A DNA stretch of 64,000 nucleotides from Flaccisagitta enflata (GCA_965153355.1 OZ231126.1:33480001-33544000); one strand, 5' to 3'. Positions 11,288-21,115 are shown, counted from the first letter of the stretch. Program-made: numbers and translations. Notes: generated by a model not told the origin, from the letters alone.

Positions 11288-14200
11288 ATGAAGACTATCG
11301 GATTGCTTTTAGCAGATAGTCTCATGAAAGGATGCTCAGTTGCGGCAAGGCGTCTTCTCATCAAGAATTATGGTTTAAGTGAGTTGAATGTTCGATGTTT
11401 CCCAGGTAAAACCACTGATCAGCTGATAGGCAGCAATGGTGAGGTTTACTCTCTCATGCAGGAAAAGTCATATGACTTTGTCTTTTTGGTTGCTGGTGCG
11501 AATGATTTCAATCATAACGAGGATGACTGCCATGTGATGAAATGCAAAATGATTGCAAGGGTGCGCAGTGATCTTGTTCATGGGTTTTGTACACAATATC
11601 CCATAACAAAGCTGATTTTGGCTCCAATCCCAATGCGCCGACTGTCCAAAAACCCAAGCATGATTCACGATCATCCAGAGTGCGGATCACAAACCTGGAT
11701 AGACACCACAAACGATGCCATTTCACTCTATCAGAGTTGTTTTACCGTTTGTCCTTGTCACAACAATCAAGTGAGGTCTGTTTTCTCACCTCCCCTTCAC
11801 AAGTGGCTTCCCTATCTAACATCTGATGGGTTGCATTTGACAGACGGTACAAAAGGCCAGACAGATGGTAAACTCAAAATGGTACAGTATCTCCTCAAAC
11901 CCAAATCAAAGTTTTCACTTTCACAGGATGACTTCCCACCTTTGCCCAGAGCCTCAGCTACATTTTCATTTGAACCGCAGGTTTCAGTTCCGAAAGTGGT
12001 TCGTAAAGAAAAGCCTAATCCTAATGCTAATCTTTTCATTCTACAGTGCTGCCTTGCTCAAGATGTTTCTTTCAGAGGCCCAATCAAACAGGCTGCCAAG
12101 CAAGCGTCTAATTCACCTGTTTGTCCGCCCAAATATGCTCCTGTTCTTCGCAAAAAGCAGAAGAAGCCAAAAAAATCAGATGTGTGGTTTCCTCCTGTTT
12201 CTAACATTGACTTTTGTTTTACGCAGCCCAATCATCTTCCTCGCGTAAAGCCCAAGCTGCCTCGGCAAAAGAAAGTTAGCAACAAGGACCAACAGCGGGA
12301 AGAACAGCGTAAAAAACAGCAAAAACGCAAGTTTCCATGGTATGAGCAACCAGACTTTTCTTGGAACCAACAAGAGCTATTAAGGGGACGAGGTTTGTTG
12401 AAACAAAATTCCAGGCCAGATCCTTCCCCTTCAACAAAACGGGAACCCTCTCACTTGAAAAAACAAAGTGAAAGGGATCCAGGTCTGCTGGTAAAATTGC
12501 ACCAAAAATTAACCTTTTTCAAAATTGAAAGACAACATCAGGTGAAAAAGAGTTTTTCTGTAAAAGAGAGATATTCATGCTGTCGCAAGGGTGATGGTGG
12601 TGCTGATGATGACAATGATATTGATTCTGGTGTGGTTGATGATGATGATTTTGATGAATTGAGTGGTGATCATCCAAAAAAGAAAATCCCTCGACCACAA
12701 CATTTTTCTAGGGGACAGTTAAAGAAAATAATGAAAAAAATCAAACAGTTCCTAAATCCTATGGTCAAATCTCTCCCAAAAGATACAAAAGGTAATGAAG
12801 AGAAAATATCCCTCACCTATAACTCTAAACGTGGGTGTCTTGTTCAATTGGAGAAAAAGAATGGTGAAATTGAAACATTGGTGGACTTCTTGACCAGTCA
12901 AGATGATGTTAAAGAAAACTATAGCTCTAAGATCCATAGAAAAAAAGGAAAATCTTTTTTGTTGGGTGGTGGTAGAACAAGATCAAAGAGTGAAGAAGCA
13001 CAAAGGAAAAGAAGACAACGGGAAGCAAAGGCAAAGAAGTTATCTGAAGCTGAAACTCAAGAATTTCGGTCAAAAGAGAAAGAACGAATTAAACAACATT
13101 ACAATAAAAACAAAGCAGAGATTTTATCAAACAAGCAAAATTATTATGAGCAAAATAAAGCAGAGATTTTATCAAGCAGGCAAAATTATTATGAGCAAAA
13201 TAAAGCAGAGATTTTATCAAACAGGCAGAATCATCATGAGCAAAATAAAGGTGAGTTTTTATCTAACAAGCAAACCTATTATGAGCAAAATAAAGCAGAG
13301 ATTTTATCATATAAGCAGAACCATTATGAGCAAAATAAAGGTGAGATCTTATCTCACAAGCAAACCCATTATGAGCAAAATAAAGCAGAGATTTTATCAT
13401 ACAAGCAGAACCATTATGAGCAAAATAAAGCAGAGTTTTTAACAAACATGCAGAATCATTATGAGCAAAATAAAGAAGATATATTAACAAACAAGAAGAG
13501 ACATTATGAGCAAAATAAAGAAGACATATTAACCAGAAAACGTTCTGCTTACAAGAGTAATAAAGCTAAGCAATCCGTTACCACTGCCAAAAAATACAAA
13601 GGTGCAAAAGCGCATCAAAGAATTTTGAGACTTGCTAAAAACTTGAAATTATCGACAATGCGGATGCATGATGAGAGCTACAAGGTAAACAGAAAGGAAA
13701 TAATTTCTCAGTACCAAAATTTTTATGATCTCATTAAGTATGGATCGGATTTTGTCTGCACTGTCTGTCACCGAAGTTTGTTTGAAAATCAAGTGGTAAA
13801 AATGAATAATAGATTAGATACTGTGGTGAAAATTGGGGGTAATCAATATAACTGCAGGACAAACAAATTAAGTTTTGATGGAATTGAATATATTTGCAAC
13901 AGCTGCAATGCAAATTTGAAAAATGGAAAAATGCCAAAGTATGCAGTCATAAATGGTAATGAATTGCCTTATGTACCTCCTGAAGTAAAGTCACTGAATG
14001 AAGGAGAGGAGAGATGCGTTGCCCCACGTGTCCAGTTTATGAGGTTGCAAAAACTGGGCTGCGATAGGCAGAGGGGCATCAAGAGTAATGTGGTTAATGT
14101 CCCGATAGACCTTGGAAAACTTAATTTGCAACTGCCATGCCCCAGACTTGATAATCAAGTCATGCAATTGCATTTCAAACGCAAGATGGAATATCACCAT

Positions 14201-14989
14201 GACTACCTTGCTCAGAATATTGATCTCAACAAGGTCAAACAAGCTCTTGGCATTTTGGCTAAATCTGAATTGTATAAAGAAGCTGGAGTAGAGATTGTTA
14301 CCGACAACTTTGAAACACTCAATGAAATGAATGAAGCGAATTTGCAAGAAGGCATGAAAGGAATGGAGCTCGGTAAGGAGTCTTCTTCAAGTAATCAAGG
14401 GGAGAATCTTGACATTCAAGTGGATGAAGATGATGAAGATGACAACGATGATTGGGATGAGTTGGGTGATGATTACCCAACAAACATAGGTAATGATGAC
14501 ACAATGATCATAAATGAAATAGATGAGCTACAAGACATGGTGTATGCCAGGAACGATCTGTCAGTGGCTCCTGGTGAAGGGGAAACGCCTTTGCCCATGA
14601 CACTTGATGAACATTGTGAGGATTTGGCTTACCCAACTCTCAACGCTGGAGAGAAGCCAAAAGAACACATTGTCCACATGTCATTCAAGGATAAATGTAA
14701 ACTTCAGCTCATGCATGAAGACAACAGATATAGAACGCATCCAACATATCCGTTCTCCATTTTTCGAAAAGCGGAAACAATTCTCCACAAAAACAACATA
14801 AACATCAACATGAAGAAAGGAAAAAAAGTGGACGGAGCTTCTGTAACTGCCAAAGATGTGTTAGGTAATGATTTCCAAAATATACTCAAACATGATGGCG
14901 GTTACAAGGTACTAGCTTCAAATCGATGTAGTCCCGCTTACTGGCAAAAGGTAAAGGGTGAATTGTTTGCAATGGTTCGTCAACTTTGA
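11288..14989 (+). CDS. Helentron polyprotein, N-terminal part: SGNH hydrolase + 15-aa repeats + C4 Zn motif + Helitron N-terminal conserved region (ends at an in-frame TGA)
   Basis: 1233-aa ORF. SGNH blocks ADSL, FPGKT, GANDF, SDGLHL in aa 1-190; CTVCHRSLF..ICNSC; Helitron-typical LNEGEERCVAPRVQF..NVVNVPID, APGEGETP..EDLAYPTL and SPAYW..ELFAMVRQL. Confidence 0.9.
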   Translation: MKTIGLLLADSLMKGCSVAARRLLIKNYGLSELNVRCFPGKTTDQLIGSNGEVYSLMQEKSYDFVFLVAGANDFNHNEDDCHVMKCKMIARVRSDLVHGFCTQYPITKLILAPIPMRRLSKNPSMIHDHPECGSQTWIDTTNDAISLYQSCFTVCPCHNNQVRSVFSPPLHKWLPYLTSDGLHLTDGTKGQTDGKLKMVQYLLKPKSKFSLSQDDFPPLPRASATFSFEPQVSVPKVVRKEKPNPNANLFILQCCLAQDVSFRGPIKQAAKQASNSPVCPPKYAPVLRKKQKKPKKSDVWFPPVSNIDFCFTQPNHLPRVKPKLPRQKKVSNKDQQREEQRKKQQKRKFPWYEQPDFSWNQQELLRGRGLLKQNSRPDPSPSTKREPSHLKKQSERDPGLLVKLHQKLTFFKIERQHQVKKSFSVKERYSCCRKGDGGADDDNDIDSGVVDDDDFDELSGDHPKKKIPRPQHFSRGQLKKIMKKIKQFLNPMVKSLPKDTKGNEEKISLTYNSKRGCLVQLEKKNGEIETLVDFLTSQDDVKENYSSKIHRKKGKSFLLGGGRTRSKSEEAQRKRRQREAKAKKLSEAETQEFRSKEKERIKQHYNKNKAEILSNKQNYYEQNKAEILSSRQNYYEQNKAEILSNRQNHHEQNKGEFLSNKQTYYEQNKAEILSYKQNHYEQNKGEILSHKQTHYEQNKAEILSYKQNHYEQNKAEFLTNMQNHYEQNKEDILTNKKRHYEQNKEDILTRKRSAYKSNKAKQSVTTAKKYKGAKAHQRILRLAKNLKLSTMRMHDESYKVNRKEIISQYQNFYDLIKYGSDFVCTVCHRSLFENQVVKMNNRLDTVVKIGGNQYNCRTNKLSFDGIEYICNSCNANLKNGKMPKYAVINGNELPYVPPEVKSLNEGEERCVAPRVQFMRLQKLGCDRQRGIKSNVVNVPIDLGKLNLQLPCPRLDNQVMQLHFKRKMEYHHDYLAQNIDLNKVKQALGILAKSELYKEAGVEIVTDNFETLNEMNEANLQEGMKGMELGKESSSSNQGENLDIQVDEDDEDDNDDWDELGDDYPTNIGNDDTMIINEIDELQDMVYARNDLSVAPGEGETPLPMTLDEHCEDLAYPTLNAGEKPKEHIVHMSFKDKCKLQLMHEDNRYRTHPTYPFSIFRKAETILHKNNININMKKGKKVDGASVTAKDVLGNDFQNILKHDGGYKVLASNRCSPAYWQKVKGELFAMVRQL
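13097..13546 (+). repeat. Coding tandem repeat, 45 bp / 15 aa x10 ((H/Y)YEQNKAEILSxKQN)
   Basis: GAGCAAAATAAAG recurs every 45 bp, in frame within the ORF. Confidence 0.95.
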
Positions 14990-17900
14990 ATGCCTACGTG
15001 GTTCCTTACTTTCACTGCGTGTGAAACTTGGTGGCCCGAGTTGATTCGGTCTCTACAAAGAGATTTAGATGGTAAAATATTATCAGAAGAAGAAGTCTAC
15101 AACATGAGTTGGGAAAAAAAAGTGGAGTTGATAAGAGGAAATGCTGTTCTGTGCGCGCGTCATTTCAATCATCGCTTTGAAGCATTCCTGAAGACAGTTT
15201 TGAAAGAAAAACTGCACTATGATGGAAATTTGGACGATTACTTTTTCCGCATCGAATTCCAGCAACGCGGCTCTCCACATGTTCACATGATCATGTGGAA
15301 GCACGATGCTCCAAAGTATGGAATTCAAAGCAATGAAGAGATATCTGAATACATTGACAAGTATGTCAATTGCTCCATCTCTTCTGAAGATAGAGAAAAT
15401 GTTCCGTTTCATCTACGTTGCCAAATTCACAAGCACACGGAATGCTGTAAAAAGAAAGGGAGAAAGAAATGCAGGTTTAGATTTCCACGACATCCCATGG
15501 ATAAAACCAGGATCATAGAACCTCTTGATTGGACTGTCTATATCAAGAAAAGATTCCCTGATGTTGATGAGGATGTTCAAGAACGTCTCAAGATGCAATT
15601 CATTCAGGAGAACAAAGATCGTACAGCTCGTATAAAAAAATTTCTTGATGAGATGGATCTGAATGATCCCAAATTTTTCACCATGACATTTCAAGAATAC
15701 CTCGCTGCTTTAGAAATGGACTTGGAGCAATATTATGTAGCTATTGCTTCAACCTTGAAAAGAGCAGAGGTGTTCATGAAAAGGGATCTAAAAGATGTAA
15801 GGGTGAACAATTACAATGATGACCTTTTAAAAGCTTGGATTGGGAATATGGATATCCAATACATATTGGATCCATATTCCGTTTGTATGTATGTTATCAA
15901 TTACATTGGAAAGTCGTACCGAGGGATGAGTCGACTCTTACGACAGGTTGTGGCAGATTGTAAGAAAAAAAACTCCTCCCTGAAAACAAAAATGACTAGA
16001 ATTTGCAAAGAATTTCAGGGTGCTAGCGAGGTATCCGCTCAAGAAGTAGCTTATGACCTTTGTCAGATGCATAAAACTCAATCCACTAGGACAAAGGTCT
16101 TTATTAACACTTATCCTAAAAATGAACGGGTTAAAATGCTAAAAAGTAAAGATCAATTGAAACACATGAAAGACAATGACGAGGACATTTTCATTGAAAA
16201 TTTACATAGTAGATACAGCAAACGATCTGTAGATGAGGAAAAATTGTGCTTGGCGGACTATGCCTTGGGTGCATCAGGTAAAAAAAGAGTTCTTCAATAC
16301 CATCAATATTCTCCAGAGATGGATATGGAGAACTATGCAAGAGTGCTTTTGATGTTATTTGTCCCATGGCGAAATGAAGAAAAGCTGTATGGTGGATTTG
16401 ATACCTACACAGATCGTTATCTGTCTTTGAAAGAGTACTTGGAAGGCAAAAAGTCTGAATTACATAAGATTGACGAACACACTTTGGAATCCTTATCAAA
16501 AGACCCTGAAATTGATGACTTCCAAGATAACATTGTACCATCGTTAGACAATGATGAAAGTGCTGCTGCAATGGTCAATGAGTTGCAAAATGATGGAGTT
16601 ATTGATAAGGAACATGTTGACCTAGATTTGATCCATGAATTAGGGGAGGACTACTTTAGAAATGAAGATGTGAAGATAAAGAAATGTACTTCCAGCGCAG
16701 AAGAACAAAATGCTGTATACAGAAGTTTAAACAAAAGGCAAAAAGAAATTTTCTATGACATAATCAGAAGAGTCCAGTTGAGTATTCCTATCCGGATCAT
16801 GATAATGGGTCCGGCTGGAACTGGCAAATCAAGATTGTTACAAGCCTTAAATATGTGGGTTGACAATTTCTACTCAAATCTGAGGAGTAACGACCCAAAC
16901 TCTGCCTACTCGATAATATGCGCGTTTACTGGAAATGCAGCGTTCAACTCAGGCGGTTTGACATTCCACAGCGCTTTAGGCATGAAAATCAACCAAAATC
17001 TTTCTGATGATTCTGTTTTTGGGCTGATAAGCGACAAACGATTGCAGCAGTTGATTGATGCTTTTGCCAACATCAAATTTTTGTGCGCAGATGAGTTCAC
17101 ATATATAGGGGCCCATATGAATACCAAAATTAACAAACATTTGAAAACAATTAAACAGACAACAAGTGATTATGGGGGACTCGACACTGTTTTCTTTGGA
17201 GATCCTCGCCAACTGGGCCCTATGTTTGATGATTGGATCTTTGAACCAGACAAGAAGCATCCTTGTGGCTCTATTGTAGGGGACTTTTTGTTCAAAAGCT
17301 TTCAAAGCTTTACCCTGAGTGAAATTATGAGACAGGATGATTTGGCCTACATTCAAGCACTAAATGACCTTTCTGATCTATCTTCTCCCTTGAAGGCTGA
17401 GAGTGTAAAACTCTTTAAATCCCGGGAAATAAAAGAAAAGGCTATTAGTTATCTTCCTAACTGCAGGGTTGATTATTTTCAAGAAAACAAAGATGTTGAT
17501 CAACACAATCTTGAAACACTAGAAAAATTAGTAACAGCTAAGTATGACGTTGACGCCATAGTCACGCTGTTAGGTGATGCAACAAAAGATGTAAAGCAAA
17601 CTCTTTTGACTAAGATCAAGACCGATAATAATCCAAAAGCAACAATGGGTTTGCTTTTGCATTTATCATTAAAGATTGGTGGCAGATACTTTATTCCTAC
17701 AAACATTTGTATCAACGATGGTCTTGTTAATGGTGCAATTGGAACTCTTATGGACATTGATTTTAGCTCAAAAAGTCGTCCTTTGACATTGTGGGTTAAA
17801 TTTGACAATCAGAAAGTAGGTGTCGATGCAAGGTCAAGAATTAGAAATTGCAGTAAATTTGCGAAAAGATGCAAGGATGGTTGGACCCCGATTACCAAAA

Positions 17901-19939
17901 TTACAAAGCAATTTCCAACATCCCGAATAAAAATATTTGGAATAATAAAACAGTTCCCATTAAGTTATGGGTATGCCTTCACCATTGCCAAATGTCAAGG
18001 AAACAATAACATTGGCATACATACGGTGGTTCATTTAGATAAAAAGGCATTGTCAAGGAGGGAACAATATGTGGCATTCTCTAGGAGCGATAAATTAGAG
18101 AATCTACATATTGTTGGTACTTTCACAGATCCTTTCTACAAGGAAGCTGAACGCCGAAAAAAGAAGTTACCATTGCTCATCACTGAAGATAGAGTTTGTA
18201 ATGCATTTAAAGAACTTGAAAAGAAAGAAGTTGATTTGGTGTGGAAACCATTGTACAAGTTCCCCAAAACAGCATTAAAGTTAGTGTTTCACAATGTGAA
18301 TAGTCTTTTGCCTCATCTGGAAGACATCAAAATGGACTTCAGCACAATGGCGGCAGATGTCTGTTTTTTTTTGGACACTCGGTTAAAGTCATTGGATAAT
18401 TTATCAGTTGATAGCTTTGTTTTGAAAGATCTGATCTCTATGGATACCCATTTAAGGATCCCTGGTGGAATTGTGATTATGGCTAAGGCGGATGTTGATA
18501 TAGAGGTTCTAAATAGAATTCATGAAAAAAGTGATGGGTATCATGGAACCGCCATAACTTGCAAGATAGATGGTACAATAATTGTTGCTGTCTATTTCAG
18601 TCCAAAGTGCCCCTTAAGATTTGTACACACTTGTGTGAACAAAGCATTGAAGGGACATAATGATTTCTCAAGGATATTGATAGGCGGTGACTTCAACCAA
18701 AAGGAAGACATAGCATGTTTGTTGGAAAAAGGGTTTAACAATTGTATAACTCTTCCAACGACTAAATGGATGACCCGTATTGACCATTTGTATGCCAACT
18801 TTAATGAAAATATGTTGCATTGGGTTAATCCTAGCTATTTTTCTGACCATCATAGTATTGTCGCTGTTTTGAATTTGGATGATGATGCTATCATGACCAA
18901 CATTGGAGAGGAGCCTCAAATCAATGAACAACTTGACAGTGTAAAAAACCAACATGAAAGTAAGTTGTCTGGAAGATGTGATCAACCACCCATTGATAAT
19001 TCTTGTGACGATACAGCGGATACAGCTACCATACAAACCAATTCCTGCATATTATTAGCAAACTCCTTTCAAAGATTACAAAACCAACACAATACTTGTT
19101 GGTTAAATTCTATCTTTCAAGTGATGTGGGCAATTTTTTCAGTTGACAACAAGTTTACAGCTAATGTTAGTGTAGATATTTGTAGTGCCATATTTAATTG
19201 GATATTAAGCAAGGGCAATGTATATTCTGAAAAACTTGATTTATACACTGAGCAAATATTTGATGTCTCTATCAAACAAGCTTTCTTGATGTCAATTGGG
19301 AAATTTGAAGAGTGGCGACTGAAGAGTCAAGAAGATGCTGTCGAGGCGTTTCAAGAGTTTATCAATAATTGTGAAAGTTTGTCTCCTTTAGGTCACTATC
19401 AGACTGAAACTTATCATTGTCCTAATTGTGAATCTGAACAAACCATAAGATTGAGAGAAACAATTCTGACAGTTTTGTTTCATCAAAAATTCATTAAACA
19501 AGGTAAATTTAATTTAAATGACGCTTTGTTGAACACATTCAATCAGTTTGAAAATTCACAAAAAGTTTGCAATGATATAAATTGTAGATTTCAGTGTCTA
19601 AGAAAATTAGTGATAGATGGAAAACCAAGATTTCTCATGGTGAATTTGAGTAGAGCTGGAAAAAACAATGCAAAAATCAATACTGCTTGCATAGTTCCTG
19701 AAAATTTAGTGATTAACACTACAGAGGGTCCAACAAGTTTTGAACTTATTTCTGTTATTAGACATATCGGATCTAATGCAAATGCTGGACATTATGTATG
19801 TTACAGAAAATTAAGGGATGTGTGGTTTGAAATTAATGATGCATCCATTACCTCAACTAGTGTTTTGGCGTTGGAGAAAGCAAATCTCTTCATTTACAAA
19901 CAGAAGGTATCACATGAACATCCTGACGCCCAACAGTGA
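14990..19939 (+). CDS. Helentron polyprotein, C-terminal part: HUH Rep + PIF1-like helicase + APE-like endonuclease + USP/C19 cysteine protease
   Basis: 1649-aa ORF in the same frame as the upstream ORF. Rep motifs PTWFLTFT, EFQQRGSPHVH, YVINYIGK. Helicase GPAGTGKS, ADE, GDPRQLGP, LSEIMRQ, QFPL..AFTIAKCQG, YVAFSR. Endonuclease HNVNSL, VYFSP, GGDFN, IDHLY, SDHH. USP boxes LQNQHNTCWLNSIFQ, QEDAVE, CPNC..CNDINC, HIGSNANAGHYVCY, WFEIND. Confidence 0.95.
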   Translation: MPTWFLTFTACETWWPELIRSLQRDLDGKILSEEEVYNMSWEKKVELIRGNAVLCARHFNHRFEAFLKTVLKEKLHYDGNLDDYFFRIEFQQRGSPHVHMIMWKHDAPKYGIQSNEEISEYIDKYVNCSISSEDRENVPFHLRCQIHKHTECCKKKGRKKCRFRFPRHPMDKTRIIEPLDWTVYIKKRFPDVDEDVQERLKMQFIQENKDRTARIKKFLDEMDLNDPKFFTMTFQEYLAALEMDLEQYYVAIASTLKRAEVFMKRDLKDVRVNNYNDDLLKAWIGNMDIQYILDPYSVCMYVINYIGKSYRGMSRLLRQVVADCKKKNSSLKTKMTRICKEFQGASEVSAQEVAYDLCQMHKTQSTRTKVFINTYPKNERVKMLKSKDQLKHMKDNDEDIFIENLHSRYSKRSVDEEKLCLADYALGASGKKRVLQYHQYSPEMDMENYARVLLMLFVPWRNEEKLYGGFDTYTDRYLSLKEYLEGKKSELHKIDEHTLESLSKDPEIDDFQDNIVPSLDNDESAAAMVNELQNDGVIDKEHVDLDLIHELGEDYFRNEDVKIKKCTSSAEEQNAVYRSLNKRQKEIFYDIIRRVQLSIPIRIMIMGPAGTGKSRLLQALNMWVDNFYSNLRSNDPNSAYSIICAFTGNAAFNSGGLTFHSALGMKINQNLSDDSVFGLISDKRLQQLIDAFANIKFLCADEFTYIGAHMNTKINKHLKTIKQTTSDYGGLDTVFFGDPRQLGPMFDDWIFEPDKKHPCGSIVGDFLFKSFQSFTLSEIMRQDDLAYIQALNDLSDLSSPLKAESVKLFKSREIKEKAISYLPNCRVDYFQENKDVDQHNLETLEKLVTAKYDVDAIVTLLGDATKDVKQTLLTKIKTDNNPKATMGLLLHLSLKIGGRYFIPTNICINDGLVNGAIGTLMDIDFSSKSRPLTLWVKFDNQKVGVDARSRIRNCSKFAKRCKDGWTPITKITKQFPTSRIKIFGIIKQFPLSYGYAFTIAKCQGNNNIGIHTVVHLDKKALSRREQYVAFSRSDKLENLHIVGTFTDPFYKEAERRKKKLPLLITEDRVCNAFKELEKKEVDLVWKPLYKFPKTALKLVFHNVNSLLPHLEDIKMDFSTMAADVCFFLDTRLKSLDNLSVDSFVLKDLISMDTHLRIPGGIVIMAKADVDIEVLNRIHEKSDGYHGTAITCKIDGTIIVAVYFSPKCPLRFVHTCVNKALKGHNDFSRILIGGDFNQKEDIACLLEKGFNNCITLPTTKWMTRIDHLYANFNENMLHWVNPSYFSDHHSIVAVLNLDDDAIMTNIGEEPQINEQLDSVKNQHESKLSGRCDQPPIDNSCDDTADTATIQTNSCILLANSFQRLQNQHNTCWLNSIFQVMWAIFSVDNKFTANVSVDICSAIFNWILSKGNVYSEKLDLYTEQIFDVSIKQAFLMSIGKFEEWRLKSQEDAVEAFQEFINNCESLSPLGHYQTETYHCPNCESEQTIRLRETILTVLFHQKFIKQGKFNLNDALLNTFNQFENSQKVCNDINCRFQCLRKLVIDGKPRFLMVNLSRAGKNNAKINTACIVPENLVINTTEGPTSFELISVIRHIGSNANAGHYVCYRKLRDVWFEINDASITSTSVLALEKANLFIYKQKVSHEHPDAQQ

Positions 19940-19997
19940 AAGAAGGTATGACGCTGGAGATTGAATGATTCAACAATTTATTGTTGAATAAAAATAA

Positions 19998-20626
19998 TAG
20001 TTATCTTTGGCACCATCCAATCAAACTACCGCCAGGTGGTTTTGAGCAGTACTCTGGATTTTTTCTGGATGGACTTCCTGAAGTAGGATCCAGCTTCAAA
20101 GAAATCTTTCTTGTGGCGCTTTTTCAAAAGAGTCCAAAATTGATAATATTTCATCGAATTCTGCATTCAGAATTTACAGGGCTAAAAGAAAATATTTTTA
20201 GATAACAGATTTGAATTCCTGATGAAATTTCCTTTTATTTGATAGGTCGCACAATGTATTTTTGAAATAAAATAAAATTTTCATTTTTTAGCTAACGTTG
20301 CAAAATGTAACGCTGGCTTAAGAAATGAAAATTTCATTTTTTTATGAAAATATACTGTGTGACCTATCAAATGAAAGGAATTTTAGCAGGAATTCAAATA
20401 TGCTATCTAAAAAGACTTTCTAATAACTCAATAAATTCAAAGTGCAGAGTAAGATGAAAAATTAACAATTTTGGATTTTTCTCAAAAGGCGCCACAACAA
20501 AGATTTTTTTGAAGCTGCATCCTAGTTCAGAAAGTCCATCCTGAGTGTAAAGAAGCAGAAAATCCATAGTACTCCTCAAAACCACCTGGCGGTAGTTTGA
20601 ATGGATGGTGTTGGATAACTACAGTG
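19998..20626. repeat. Imperfect foldback palindrome (~625 bp), probable CAC-terminated MITE
   Basis: CACCATCCAATCAAACTACCGCCAGGTGGTTTTGAG / CTCAAAACCACCTGGCGGTAGTTTGAATGGATGGTG; arms pair to the centre ACGTTGC-AAAAT-GTAACG. The right end reads ..TAACTACAGTG (CACTGT on the minus strand). Confidence 0.9.
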
Positions 20627-20920
20627 GTTAAGGGGTAACTTTCGAGTAACCCAATCAGGTGAATATCCTTAATCTGTTTGATTGTGTACTTTAGTCTGTT
20701 TGACCTTTTAGGGAAAACCAAAGCCACAGGGAACCAAGGGCTAACCCAAGGGGCGGGGGTTACCCTAACAGGTGAATGTCCACTATTCTGTCTGCTTAAG
20801 TACTTTTGAACGCTTGTCCTTCAGATATGTGGTTGAGGGGACAACTTTCGAGTTACCCAATCAGGTGAATGTCCAGTTTGCAACTGATGGCCTTCTGTAT
20901 TGAATGGCTAACTCGCGAGT

Positions 20921-21115
20921 CACGCCCTTTCTTAGCTGAGGAAGGTAGGAGGAAGTGTCTTGGCATTTTTTCCCACTCTAGAGTGTTGCGTATGTTCAGA
21001 TACATTTTACCCGTTGAAGGATTGGGTGCGATACATTTGAAAGTATTCAGTACCCTAGAACAGGTAACAATCCTGATGCATTTTTTCCTACCTTCCATAG
21101 CTAGAAAAGGGCGTG
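20921..21115. repeat. Short inverted repeat pair (~195 bp span)
   Basis: CACGCCCTTTCTTAGCTGAGGAAGGTAGGA / TCCTACCTTCCATAGCTAGAAAAGGGCGTG. Confidence 0.8.

Noticed and set aside
14987-14989. Selenocysteine interpretation of the in-frame TGA
   Set aside because: The position corresponds to a conserved Gly, not Cys, and no SECIS was recognised.
11468-19036. Short antisense and alternate-frame ORFs overlapping the Helentron CDS
   Set aside because: Shadows of the main reading frame with no recognisable motifs.
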